DNA of 59,880 nt from Escherichia phage vB_Eco_SLUR75: the sequence record LR025197.1; one strand, given 5' to 3'. The notes below the pieces were generated by a model. That model saw only the letters and a program-made list of their open reading frames with translations. It was not told where the DNA came from and ran no database searches. Made by a program: the position numbers and the translations under genes. Each line of letters opens with the position of its first letter. Position 1 is the stretch's first letter. This document shows, piece after piece, positions 7,018 through 16,916 of this stretch.

Positions 7018-8554
7018 TAACATGCCGCGAGTCGTCTGGAAACCACATCCAGGTTCACAGACACTCGCTCTATCCTGCCCCGCTGATATTATCCTATACC
7101 ACGGAACTCGCGGTCCTGGAAAAACGGACTGCCAGCTTATGCGTTTCCGTAAGAATGTTGGTGTAGGGTACGGTAAATTTTGGAAGGGTATTATATTCGA
7201 CCGTGAATATAAAAATCTTGATGACCTTGTAACTAAATCCCAGCGTTGGTTTCCTGAATTTAAAGACGGGGCTAAATTCCTTAGCTCTAAGTCTGATTAT
7301 AAATGGGTTTGGCCTACAGGTGAAGAGCTACTGTTCCGCGTTGCTTGTAAAGAAAAGGATTACTGGTCTTATCACGGTCACGAATACCCATTTATCGGAT
7401 GGAACGAATTAACAAAATATCCGGACGGGCGTTTGTTTGAAGCTATGATGTCCTGTAACCGTTCATCTTTCTTACCAGAAGATAACCCAATTATTAATCC
7501 AGATGGTACGGTCACATATTTACCGGATATCCCTCTTGAAGTGTTTGCTACCAGTAACCCGTTTGGTGCGGGGCATAACTGGGTTAAGAAACGCTTCATT
7601 GACGCTGCACCGATGGGTAAAATACTCAGGAAGACTACGCGAGTGTTTAACCCGAGGACGCAGAAAGACGAAGATGTGGTTACGACGCAATGCCATATCT
7701 TTGGTTCGTACCGTGAAAACAAAAACCTAAGTCCAAAATATATTGCAGAACTTATGTCTATCACAGACCCGAACAAGCGTGCTGCATGGTTGGGCGGGAG
7801 CTGGGATATTACATCCGGTGGTATGTTCGATGATCTGTGGCGTAGCACTGTTCACAAAGTACGACCATTCCCGATTCCAGCGAGTTGGAAGATTACACGT
7901 TCTTTCGACTGGGGTTCTTCAAAACCGTTCTCTGTCGGTTGGTGGGCTATTAGTGATGGTTCGGATGTTGTGCGTGAAGATGGCACTACATTCTCCACGG
8001 TCCGCGGTGACCTGTTTAGGATTAACGAATGGTATGGGACCAACGGTAAAACAAACGAAGGTCTACATTTGCTGGACTCAGAAATTGCAAGCGGTATACT
8101 GGAGCGGGAATTGGCCTGGGGTATACACGATCGTGTAGTTCCTGGTCCTGCGGATAACTCCATTTGGGATCTGGAGAACAATAACTCCACCGCTGCAACA
8201 ATGGCGAAGAAAATTCGTCTTAACGGGAAGTTATACGACGGTATACATTGGAAGCGCAGTGATAAGTCTGCTGGGTCACGTAAACGGGGCTGGCAGAAAA
8301 TGCGTGAGTTCCTTAAAGCTGCACTGCGGGAAGATGCGAACGGTAAACCTTTGCCCGGTCCGCGCGAGAATCCAGCAATGTACATTTTTGATAACTGCAA
8401 CTATTTCTTTGAGCTGGTTCCAAGTCTACCTCGCGATGAAGTAGATCAGGACGACGTTGATACGGAATGTGAAGACCATATGGGTGATGAAGTTCGTTAT
8501 ATGGTTCTGGATCAAGCTGTTTATACAGGTGTTGGCAAAACTATCGGTATTTAA
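6995..8554 (+). CDS. Terminase large subunit (519 aa)
   Basis: N-terminal P-loop-like HGTRGPGKTD, size typical of TerL, directly upstream of portal. Alternative start at M10 (7022). Confidence 0.8.
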   Translation: MELNRQPDNMPRVVWKPHPGSQTLALSCPADIILYHGTRGPGKTDCQLMRFRKNVGVGYGKFWKGIIFDREYKNLDDLVTKSQRWFPEFKDGAKFLSSKSDYKWVWPTGEELLFRVACKEKDYWSYHGHEYPFIGWNELTKYPDGRLFEAMMSCNRSSFLPEDNPIINPDGTVTYLPDIPLEVFATSNPFGAGHNWVKKRFIDAAPMGKILRKTTRVFNPRTQKDEDVVTTQCHIFGSYRENKNLSPKYIAELMSITDPNKRAAWLGGSWDITSGGMFDDLWRSTVHKVRPFPIPASWKITRSFDWGSSKPFSVGWWAISDGSDVVREDGTTFSTVRGDLFRINEWYGTNGKTNEGLHLLDSEIASGILERELAWGIHDRVVPGPADNSIWDLENNNSTAATMAKKIRLNGKLYDGIHWKRSDKSAGSRKRGWQKMREFLKAALREDANGKPLPGPRENPAMYIFDNCNYFFELVPSLPRDEVDQDDVDTECEDHMGDEVRYMVLDQAVYTGVGKTIGI

Positions 8555-8565
8555 CTGGAGGGTAT

Positions 8566-10062
8566 ATGGGTATTGATGCAACTCACCCGCTATATGACAA
8601 GTGGAAGGACGCATGGGTTAAGTGCAACGACTGCTATGAGGGTGAAGATAAAATTAAGGAAGAAGGTGTTAAATATCTACCACCTTTAGCTTCCATGATT
8701 ATTGATGGGATGAATAATCCTAATGATTTGGGCTTTCAACGTTGGCTCGCTTATCGTCTGCGTGCTAACTTCCCTGACGATTATTCAAGTGCGGTTACAA
8801 ACAATTTAGGTCTGCTACACCAGAAGCCTCCTACAATCCAGCTCCCACCTGAAATGGAATACATGCGGGAGCTGTGTACTGCGGACGGTGAAGACATTAT
8901 TGCTCTGCTACGTCGCATCAATGAAATGCAGTTAAAAAATGGACGTTTGGGCCTGCTGCTGGACTTGCCGAAAGGTGAGGATGTAAATAACAGACCTTAT
9001 ATTAGCGTTTATGATGCTTTATCCATTATCAACTGGGATGATGGTAAAGATGAATTGGGCAATATCAACTTGAACATGGTTGTTCTGGATGAAAGCGGTC
9101 CTGTACGTGTCAATCAGTTTGACTGGAAAGAAGAGAAGCGTTATCGCGTTCTACAATTAGGTCCAATGGACACAGATGAAGTAGCAGGTGGAGCGGTCTA
9201 CTCCCAACATCTGTTTATTAACAATACCAATTATGATGAAGGGCAAATGATTGCTCCTTATTATAAAGGTAATACGCTGGATGAAATTCCTTTCCAGTTT
9301 GTCAATACAACAGATATTACCCCAGCACCGGAAGCGCCGCCATTGTTGGGTCTTGCTAACATTTGTCTAAGCATGTACCGAAGTGACGCGGATTACCGCC
9401 AATGCTTGCATATGCAGGGTCAGGATACTTTAGTTGTTGTTGGTGGTTCCATGGAAAATGGAGATAAAGCCCCTCAGCGTATTGGTCCTGGTGCAGTCAT
9501 TAACGTTTCTCAGGGAGGTGACGCTAAATATGTAGGTGTTAGCGGTGACGGTTTGTCCGAGCAACGTCTCGCACTGGTAGCGGATAAGCAGGAAGCCCAA
9601 ATTAAAGCCGGGCAAATGGTAAACAATACCAAGAGTACGCAGGAATCAGGCGAAGCTATGAAAACGCGTATTGCTGCGCGTACAGCTAGTTTGATTCGGA
9701 TTGCGTATACTGGTGCGGCTGGTCTGGAAAACTTGCTGAAGGTTTGCGCTAAGTGGATGGGCGCTGATCCCGAGAAAGTTGTGGTTAAGCCTAATCTTGA
9801 ATTTACCAAGAGCATGTTTAACGGTCAGGACTTTGTTCAAATTATTACTGCACGCAACCTTAAGGCTCCGATCAGCTTGCAGTCTATTCATGGCTGGCTT
9901 GTTGATCAGGGCTTAACCACACTAAGCTTTGAAGAAGAAATGGCAATTCTTGAAGAAGAGCTTAAGAAGTGGCCTCTGCCCGATGATGCTAAAGCTGATT
10001 TAAACGCAGAGCAGCAAGTAAGCAAAGATCCTAAGGAAGACGACGCTTCCGATAAAGAATAG
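8566..10062 (+). CDS. Portal protein (498 aa)
   Basis: About 500 aa, between terminase and scaffold/capsid genes; acidic C-terminus. Confidence 0.75.
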   Translation: MGIDATHPLYDKWKDAWVKCNDCYEGEDKIKEEGVKYLPPLASMIIDGMNNPNDLGFQRWLAYRLRANFPDDYSSAVTNNLGLLHQKPPTIQLPPEMEYMRELCTADGEDIIALLRRINEMQLKNGRLGLLLDLPKGEDVNNRPYISVYDALSIINWDDGKDELGNINLNMVVLDESGPVRVNQFDWKEEKRYRVLQLGPMDTDEVAGGAVYSQHLFINNTNYDEGQMIAPYYKGNTLDEIPFQFVNTTDITPAPEAPPLLGLANICLSMYRSDADYRQCLHMQGQDTLVVVGGSMENGDKAPQRIGPGAVINVSQGGDAKYVGVSGDGLSEQRLALVADKQEAQIKAGQMVNNTKSTQESGEAMKTRIAARTASLIRIAYTGAAGLENLLKVCAKWMGADPEKVVVKPNLEFTKSMFNGQDFVQIITARNLKAPISLQSIHGWLVDQGLTTLSFEEEMAILEEELKKWPLPDDAKADLNAEQQVSKDPKEDDASDKE

Positions 10063-10157
10063 TTGCAACTTCCAAGTTGATTGGTTTATATTAACGAACA
10101 CGGGGCTGGGACGGCTCAGCTCCAAAAACGTCACACGGGTGACAACGGAGATAAGAA

Positions 10158-11030
10158 ATGAAAAAGAGTTCTGTAGCTATTAGTGTTGGTATGGCTTTAA
10201 TTAATCCACGCGCTCGCGGTGAAGGTGATGTGGAACTGGAATACGAATATGCATCTGAGGAAGAGATCCCGGCAGAGTTTGCAACTCTTTACGCAGAGCA
10301 GGGCGGTAAATACGTTCTTGCAAAAGTTAAAGGTGTAGCCCCTGCTGATAGCGTTCGTCGTCTGGAAAGTGCGTTAGCTAAAGAACGTAACGACCATCGT
10401 CAGGTGAAGCAACAGATTAGCGCACTTGGGCGTCCGGTTGAAGAAGTCCTTGCGGACCTTGATCGTATCCCTCAACTGGAAGCTGCCGCTAACGGTAAAG
10501 GTACTCCGGAAGACATCGAAAAGATGGTTAAAGCCCGTCTTGCTCCGCTCGAGCGTCAATTGCAAACTGTGGCAGCTGAACGCGATTCCGTTAAGCAGGA
10601 AATTGAAGGCTACCGCACTCGCGAAACTAAAGCGAAAATTAAAGACGCAGTTATTGCCGCTGCATCCGGTGCTAAGCTGCGTCCGTCTGCTATCGAAGAT
10701 GCGGTGACTTATGCACAGTTGCAAATGACAGTCGACGAAAACGGCAATGTGGTTACGAAAGATGGGGCGGGTGTAACTCCATACCTAACCCCGGCGGATT
10801 GGCTTAACGAGATCCTCCCGAAACGTCCTCACTGGGTTGAGGGTTCTGCTGGTGGCGGTGCATCTGGTCCGGGTGCTGGCGGTCATCACGGTGAAGACCC
10901 ATACAGTCACGACGGTTGGAACATCTCTAAGCAGATGAATCTCTGGAAAACTAATCAATCTTTAGCTAAACGCTTAGCTGAAAAGAATGGCGTAGATCCG
11001 CTGAAGCCTGTACGTCCTGCTAAGAAATAA
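10158..11030 (+). CDS. Putative scaffolding protein (290 aa)
   Basis: Charged coiled-coil protein between portal and major capsid genes. Confidence 0.55.
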   Translation: MKKSSVAISVGMALINPRARGEGDVELEYEYASEEEIPAEFATLYAEQGGKYVLAKVKGVAPADSVRRLESALAKERNDHRQVKQQISALGRPVEEVLADLDRIPQLEAAANGKGTPEDIEKMVKARLAPLERQLQTVAAERDSVKQEIEGYRTRETKAKIKDAVIAAASGAKLRPSAIEDAVTYAQLQMTVDENGNVVTKDGAGVTPYLTPADWLNEILPKRPHWVEGSAGGGASGPGAGGHHGEDPYSHDGWNISKQMNLWKTNQSLAKRLAEKNGVDPLKPVRPAKK

Positions 11031-11152
11031 GTTGACATCCCGACGTCCCTGATGTTAAGTTTCAACACATCAGGGACACGGGTTCCTAAACAGCCTTCCA
11101 CGGGGAAAGGCTACCAACAGTAAACAAATCAATCCTTTTCCTGGAGACAAGT

Positions 11153-12214
11153 ATGTCTAAATCTAAAATTATTCTGCCATTTGGTCGTGGTGAAACTGAC
11201 CTAACTCGTTTGACGGATGTCATTGTCCCTGAGATCTTCACTGGTTATGTGCAGACGCAGACCGCTGAACTTTCTGCCCTGATTCAATCCGGTGCGGTTG
11301 TGATGGACGAGCGTTTATCAGCTAACCTTGCTGGTGCAGGTCTGACTTTTAACGAGCCGTTCTATAACGACCTGAAAGATGAAGACGAAGATATCGCGGT
11401 TGATAAAGGTAATCCGTCAAAACCGTCTAATATCACTACCGGATCTGAAGTTCAGGTTCGTATGAGTCGTTCAAAATCCTGGGGTTCTGCGGATCTGGTA
11501 TCAGCTTTGATCGGTAACGACCCAATGACCGCTATCGGTAATCGCGTGTCTGCGTGGTGGGTTCGCCGTCTGCAAGCTGCATACATCGCAACCTGGAAAG
11601 GTGTATTTGCTAATGCGAAGAAATCTCATAACGACGATTTGACTTTCGACATTTCTGGCGAGTCCTTTACGAATAACCAGACCAACTTTACCGCGTCTAA
11701 CTTCATCAACGCAACTGCAACGATGGGCGATGCTGCTCGCGGTCTGACCATGATTATGGTACACTCTACCGTTCGTAACCGTATGCGTCAGTTGAACCTG
11801 ATCGACTTCATTCCAGATGCTCGCGGTGAAACTCAGTTTGAGTATTATCAGGGTCTGCGTATTATTGAAGACGACTCCATGCCGCACGATCCGTCTACTG
11901 GTGTGTTTGAAAGCTGGCTGTTCGGCCCGGGCGCGACTGCAATGGGTGCTGGATCACCGAAAGTTCCGACCGCTGTGGTGCGTGACGAAGCCGCTAACCA
12001 AGGCGCTGGTGAAGAAGTTCTTCACAACCGTGTTGAATGGATTCTGCATCCAGTTGGTCATGCTTGGGCTGCTGCTCAAACTGCTAAAGGTGGTCCGTCT
12101 AACGCTGCTACCACTAACAACCTGGCCCATGAAGATTCCTGGCGTCGTGCGTTCCCTGAGCGCAAGCAGCTTAAAGTTGCACGCCTGATCACTCGTGAGT
12201 ATCAGGGTTCCTAA
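11153..12214 (+). CDS. Major capsid protein (353 aa)
   Basis: Position after scaffold; flanked by a TTGACA-plus-hairpin element upstream and a terminator downstream. Confidence 0.7.
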   Translation: MSKSKIILPFGRGETDLTRLTDVIVPEIFTGYVQTQTAELSALIQSGAVVMDERLSANLAGAGLTFNEPFYNDLKDEDEDIAVDKGNPSKPSNITTGSEVQVRMSRSKSWGSADLVSALIGNDPMTAIGNRVSAWWVRRLQAAYIATWKGVFANAKKSHNDDLTFDISGESFTNNQTNFTASNFINATATMGDAARGLTMIMVHSTVRNRMRQLNLIDFIPDARGETQFEYYQGLRIIEDDSMPHDPSTGVFESWLFGPGATAMGAGSPKVPTAVVRDEAANQGAGEEVLHNRVEWILHPVGHAWAAAQTAKGGPSNAATTNNLAHEDSWRRAFPERKQLKVARLITREYQGS

Positions 12215-12245
12215 GGCTTCACTCAACGCCGCGCTGTAGTATTTT

Positions 12246-12272
12246 GGGGACATCTTATGTCCCCTCTTTTTT
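12246..12272 (+). terminator. Rho-independent terminator after capsid gene
   Basis: GGGGACA-tctta-TGTCCCC hairpin followed by TCTTTTTT. Confidence 0.6.
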
Positions 12273-12284
12273 AGGAGAACAACC

Positions 12285-12608
12285 ATGCGTTATCAACGTT
12301 ATGAACGACATGACTTGATGGAAAAATCGTTGCAGGTGGAGCCAATTTCAATTACTCTCGATCCTGCTACGATTGACACCACAACTTCAGAAGTAAAAAC
12401 GGTTACTGTTAAAATAAACTTTGTCCCAGGCGGAACTACAAACAAAGCGTATAGCGCGTCAGTTGACGGTTCCTCTGCTACAATTAAAGACAACGGGGAC
12501 GGTACAATTACTGTGACCACAACCGAAAGCAGTGGTACTTCAAACTTGACAGTAACGTCCAAGGCAAAGGATAGTGTTACTGGTACATGTGTTATTAATG
12601 TGACCTAA
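12285..12608 (+). CDS. Ig-like (Big_2-type) domain protein, likely capsid decoration (107 aa)
   Basis: Thr/Ser-rich beta-strand pattern VTVKINF...GDGTITVTTTESSGTSNLTVTSKA typical of bacterial Ig-like domains. Confidence 0.55.
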   Translation: MRYQRYERHDLMEKSLQVEPISITLDPATIDTTTSEVKTVTVKINFVPGGTTNKAYSASVDGSSATIKDNGDGTITVTTTESSGTSNLTVTSKAKDSVTGTCVINVT

Positions 12609-12624
12609 AAATAAGGATTAAACA

Positions 12625-13278
12625 ATGAAGACATTAATTGAAGCATTGTTAGAACTTGATCCGGATAACCCGAATCATTGGACTAGCGACGGTCTACCTA
12701 AAGTTGACGCTCTGCGTTTCGCTACCGCTAACCCGTCTTTAACCCGCGACGATATTACAACTGCTGCTCCGCTGTTTACCCGCGATAACCGCGTGCTGGA
12801 AGAGCCCGAGGCAGTGGAACCTGTTAAATCTGCTGATCCAGTTTTACATGAAGCTGTCAAACAGGAGAAAGCTCATGAAGAACAAAAGAAAGTCGCGGTT
12901 GCAACGATGCAAATCGAAGTTAAGATTAGCGAAGCACTGCGTGCTCTTCTGGAGCCGGAAAAAATCGGTGACGCTTCCAGCTTAACCGATGAAGAACTCA
13001 AAGCGAAGCGCGAAAAGCTTAGCAATGTGGTTAAAGAGATTGCCCACACTAAGCACGCGTTGGAGCTCGCTATCGCAGACGTTCAAGCGGATCTGGATAA
13101 GATTATCGTTGAGCAGGAGCGTCGTCGTCCTAAGTCCGGTCTTACTGCAACTCAGATGTATCTTGAAGCGCAGAAAAAACGTAAACCGGAAGACATGCTT
13201 TCTGACCATCGCTTCCAGAACCCTATTGACGATCCGGTCGCCCGTATGGTTGCACGTAATATGATGCGTCGAGGTTAA
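12625..13278 (+). CDS. Hypothetical head-associated protein (217 aa)
   Basis: In structural module; charged coiled-coil. Confidence 0.45.
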   Translation: MKTLIEALLELDPDNPNHWTSDGLPKVDALRFATANPSLTRDDITTAAPLFTRDNRVLEEPEAVEPVKSADPVLHEAVKQEKAHEEQKKVAVATMQIEVKISEALRALLEPEKIGDASSLTDEELKAKREKLSNVVKEIAHTKHALELAIADVQADLDKIIVEQERRRPKSGLTATQMYLEAQKKRKPEDMLSDHRFQNPIDDPVARMVARNMMRRG

Positions 13279-13416
13279 CCATGGAAATGAGCCATAGACA
13301 ATATGTGTTGTGGCTCCTCCGACGTAATAGAAAACGGCGTCAAGAAGACGCCGTTTCTGTTCCTGAAGAAGAGCTCCCGCCACTTATCCCTACAACCATC
13401 GCAATGAGGAAGAAAG

Positions 13417-13923
13417 ATGGAGATTCCACTGATAGTTGAAGATGGTACTGGTGTACCGGACGCCAACAGTTATGTCACCATTGAACAAGTCCGCATGTAT
13501 GCAGCAATGCGAGGTATTGTACTTCCAAGTGAAGACGAAGATCTAAAGACAAAGATCTTTGATGCTATGGATTTTGTGGAAGGGTACAGCCAACGCTTTA
13601 AAGGTTATAAAATTAACCCACAGCAACCGCTAAATTGGCCACGCTACGGGGTGTTTGTGGACGGGTTCGAGCTACCCCAAAGCCCCTTACCAAAGGCGCT
13701 TATAAACGCTGTTTGCCAGCTTACAGCGGACTCAGCTACTGGCGGTCCTCTTAATGGGAAAACTACTGCATATGCAGTCAAAAGAACTAAAGTAGAAGGT
13801 CTTGAGATTGAATACGCAACTGGTAGCACAGCACAGTCAGGTCCAGCAAAAACATATGATAAAGCTATGACGTTTTTATCACCTTTGCTGGGTTATCAGA
13901 TGGGTAATAGATTGATACGGTGA
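13417..13923 (+). CDS. Putative head-tail adaptor/connector (168 aa)
   Basis: Position between capsid and tail genes; call by synteny only. Confidence 0.4.
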   Translation: MEIPLIVEDGTGVPDANSYVTIEQVRMYAAMRGIVLPSEDEDLKTKIFDAMDFVEGYSQRFKGYKINPQQPLNWPRYGVFVDGFELPQSPLPKALINAVCQLTADSATGGPLNGKTTAYAVKRTKVEGLEIEYATGSTAQSGPAKTYDKAMTFLSPLLGYQMGNRLIR

Positions 13924-13926
13924 TTT

Positions 13927-14307
13927 ATGAGCTTTCCTTACGAACAGCTAGTTGAAGCTGCAAAGCAAATGATCAACGATGCTGGTGTTAACTGTACCCT
14001 TGTTGTTATGGAGCAAGGGGAAGGTCAAGACGAATGGGACGATCCAAGCGTTGAAAAACGCTACCCATTCATTGGAGCTTTCCTTTCACCGAAGGAAAAG
14101 ATGATTGGTGGCAGTCTTGTTTCTGCTGGTGAACTGAAAGTGTTGACTTACCCAATGACACCTCCATTGACTCGCGATAAAGCAATGACTGCACGCATTG
14201 AGCGTGTGTCACCGGATGGGGAACTGGAAGTGTGGACAATAAATGAGTTTGTTGATACACGACCAGCTAACGTTTCTGTTCTTTACACTTTTAAGGTGAC
14301 GCGATAA
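13927..14307 (+). CDS. Putative head closure / neck protein (126 aa)
   Basis: Synteny; tightly packed. Confidence 0.4.
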   Translation: MSFPYEQLVEAAKQMINDAGVNCTLVVMEQGEGQDEWDDPSVEKRYPFIGAFLSPKEKMIGGSLVSAGELKVLTYPMTPPLTRDKAMTARIERVSPDGELEVWTINEFVDTRPANVSVLYTFKVTR

Positions 14308-14714
14308 TGGGATTCGGGGCGGATATTCGACGTGCAAGTCAGAAGGTACTTGTTCAGACAAGCGAGCAGGCCAAAAAAGTCGTTGTCAAGTTCACAGAGA
14401 ACGTGATACAGGATACTCCTGTTAAGACCGGACGCACAAAAGGTGGTTGGCGGTCATCCATTGGTGCGCCGTATGCAACGGAAACTATCCGCCTCGATCC
14501 TACTGGAGAGATGGCTAAAGCTGAAGCCCGAGTTGTTGCACGCCAACTACCTAATGATAAAGACTGGACTTTCTATTTTAGCAACCTGACACCATATGCT
14601 GGCAAACTGGAGTTCTTAGGTTGGTCACAGCAAGCCCCGAACGGTATGGTTCGTATTAACGTAGCGAAGCTTCCAATGTTGATACGTCAAGCTATAGCAG
14701 AAGGAAAACTATAA
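14307..14714 (+). CDS. Putative tail completion / neck protein (135 aa)
   Basis: Synteny; start overlaps upstream stop. Confidence 0.4.
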   Translation: MGFGADIRRASQKVLVQTSEQAKKVVVKFTENVIQDTPVKTGRTKGGWRSSIGAPYATETIRLDPTGEMAKAEARVVARQLPNDKDWTFYFSNLTPYAGKLEFLGWSQQAPNGMVRINVAKLPMLIRQAIAEGKL

Positions 14715-15163
14715 TGCTTGGATACGATTTCATTAATGATGCATTTAATAAGATGCTACGCGAAGCAGTTGGACTGGATATTGGTATAGCGTGGAAGAAT
14801 AAGAAGTTCACACCTAAAGCCAACCAGATGTGGTTAAAGGCAATCAATGCTCCCGCTTCCACTTACGCTGCAACGCTAGGTGATAACGGTCTGAATGAAA
14901 TTCCAGGCTTCTACCAAATCACAGTATATAGCCCTTTAAACACTGGAACGTCTAAGCAGAATCAAATCTTGGATTCTATTCGGAAAAAGTTTAAACTGGG
15001 CTTGCGTATCCCGTGCCCGGATGACCACACGTTACGGATTGTCAGTTTAGACTTTTCGCAAGGTGGACAAACTTCGCTGAACGATTTTACCAAAGGCGGG
15101 GTTGAAGATAACTGGGACGTTAACTTTATCACAATCTATTGGTCGGCTCGTGAGCCGAGGTAA
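14714..15163 (+). CDS. Putative tail terminator / neck protein (149 aa)
   Basis: Synteny, immediately upstream of the major tail protein gene. Confidence 0.4.
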   Translation: MLGYDFINDAFNKMLREAVGLDIGIAWKNKKFTPKANQMWLKAINAPASTYAATLGDNGLNEIPGFYQITVYSPLNTGTSKQNQILDSIRKKFKLGLRIPCPDDHTLRIVSLDFSQGGQTSLNDFTKGGVEDNWDVNFITIYWSAREPR

Positions 15164-15177
15164 GAGAGGATCTAAAT

Positions 15178-16101
15178 ATGGCTACAGGTTCACGTTATTC
15201 GTGTTACTACGTCAAAGAAGATGTAAGCAACACTACGCCAGCGAGTGCGAAGTTTACTCCGTTCCGTGTGACCAGCTCCGGTCTGGACATTAATATTGCA
15301 ACGCTGGAATCTGAAGAACTGCGCGATGACGCTGAAACTGCGGACTTCCGCCTCGGTGCTCGCAGTGTTGAAGGTACAGTAACGGGCGAAATGTCCTTCG
15401 GCACCTTCGATGATCTTATTGCTGCTGCACTTCGTGGGGAGTGGCAAGACAACGTCCTTAAAGGCGGTATTATCCGTCAGTCATTTACTTTCGTAGACTA
15501 TAACGCAGATCTACCGTCAGGTAAATATACAATTTATCGCGGTTGCGAAGTTAATAGCATGACTTTCTCATTGTCTGCGGAAAACATGACCACAGTGGAA
15601 TTCGGTATTGTTGGTCGCTCAATGGAAATTGCGGAATCGCTTCCATCTGGTGCAACTATTAAAGAGCGTACGACTACTTCACCGATGGATGGTTTCTCCG
15701 GCCGCTTGCTGGAAAACAACGAAGAAATCAGCGTTATTACGGAAATCGGTCTTACCGTTGAAAACGATATTGCGCCACGCTTTGTTGTTGGTTCTAAGTT
15801 CTCCATTGAACCGTCCGCTGGTCGTCGTGCGGTAACTGGTACAGCTAACGTGTACTTCCTGGATAACAAGCTGCGTATGAAGTATCTGGATGAAGTGGAA
15901 ACTTCAATCAAGTTTGATCTGATTGACCCAAGCAATCCGGAACAAAAATACACTGTGGAAATTCCTCGCGTGAAATTCACTGAAGCTCCGCGTCCTATTG
16001 ACGGTGAAGGGGATATCATGCTTAATATGGGCTACCGCGGATTGCTGGACCCAGCAACCGCAAGTTCCATCAAAATTACCCGCGTTGTAGCGGGAGCCTA
16101 A
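15178..16101 (+). CDS. Major tail (tube) protein (307 aa)
   Basis: Position upstream of the chaperone pair and tape measure gene. Confidence 0.6.
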   Translation: MATGSRYSCYYVKEDVSNTTPASAKFTPFRVTSSGLDINIATLESEELRDDAETADFRLGARSVEGTVTGEMSFGTFDDLIAAALRGEWQDNVLKGGIIRQSFTFVDYNADLPSGKYTIYRGCEVNSMTFSLSAENMTTVEFGIVGRSMEIAESLPSGATIKERTTTSPMDGFSGRLLENNEEISVITEIGLTVENDIAPRFVVGSKFSIEPSAGRRAVTGTANVYFLDNKLRMKYLDEVETSIKFDLIDPSNPEQKYTVEIPRVKFTEAPRPIDGEGDIMLNMGYRGLLDPATASSIKITRVVAGA

Positions 16102-16110
16102 GGATAAGAA

Positions 16111-16518
16111 ATGACCGACACCAAAAAAGCCAAAGTTGCAGTAGCTAAAAGCTTCCGTGATTTTAAAACTGTGAGCCGGGCCAACGACCCGGCAAACACT
16201 AAGCCTATGAATGTGGTTATTCCTGGTGTAGGCGACACTGGCGAAAAACTCTACATTCGTAGCCGCTACTGCACAGAGTATCGTGACGCAGAATTGAAAG
16301 CACAACGTCAACTGTTAGCACTTATGCAGGGTAAAGACGGTGAAGTAACGGATGCTATGAAGGAAGATATCCTTACCCGTTCACTGTGTAACCTTGTAGC
16401 AGGTTGGACTTTTGACGAGCCGCCGACTGTTGACAACGTGTTTGAGTTCTTAACGGAGAACCCAACTGTCCGAGAAGATCTTAACGTATTTGCCGCCAAA
16501 GATAGTAATTTTTTCTAA
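16111..16518 (+). CDS. Tail assembly chaperone, G-like (135 aa)
   Basis: Immediately upstream of the tape measure gene; 3' end carries slippery heptamer T_TTT_TTC. Confidence 0.7.
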   Translation: MTDTKKAKVAVAKSFRDFKTVSRANDPANTKPMNVVIPGVGDTGEKLYIRSRYCTEYRDAELKAQRQLLALMQGKDGEVTDAMKEDILTRSLCNLVAGWTFDEPPTVDNVFEFLTENPTVREDLNVFAAKDSNFF

Positions 16519-16916
16519 AAGCGCGCAGACAGTTAATTGATAAGAAGATCCTCCAATGGGAACTAAATAGCAAAGTCCCCGGCGGGGGATCTTCTTTATT
16601 ATCGCAACTGCAAAAGGTTGAGGAACAGTCTGGTAAGACGCCACCTAAGCTTAAAGAATATCGGGAAAAGGAAATACCGGTTTGCTTTGAATACCTGTCT
16701 ACTTTATTTGATGACATTTACACTGGAGGGGATTTTAGTTATACAGAATTGCACAGCTATCAGGTAACAATGGGCTTACATCTTCAACCGTACGAATGCG
16801 AAATACTGCGACAGCTATGGCTTGAAAAGCGCGTGTCTGAAGCTGAACAAAATGCTAAACTCATGGAAAGTCAAATGCAAAATCAGAATAAAGGTAGAAG
16901 GAAAAGGAGAAGGTAA
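16111..16916 (+). CDS. Tail assembly chaperone frameshift product, GT-like (about 268 aa)
   Basis: Fusion of the G-like ORF with the -1 frame extension (LKARRQLIDKK...NKGRRKRRR); requires ribosomal slippage at 16509..16515. Confidence 0.6.
16509..16515 (+). other. Programmed -1 ribosomal frameshift slippery site (T TTT TTC)
   Basis: X_XXY_YYZ heptamer in the zero frame two codons before the chaperone stop; the -1 frame is open for 133 codons, ending at the TAA that overlaps the tape measure ATG. Confidence 0.65.

Noticed and set aside
7378-8400. Reverse-strand ORFs inside the terminase large-subunit gene (7378..7848, 7852..8400)
   Set aside because: Antisense to a strongly supported gene in a uniformly forward-transcribed module; no RBS; the same applies to other antisense ORFs inside portal, tape measure, J-like and fiber genes.
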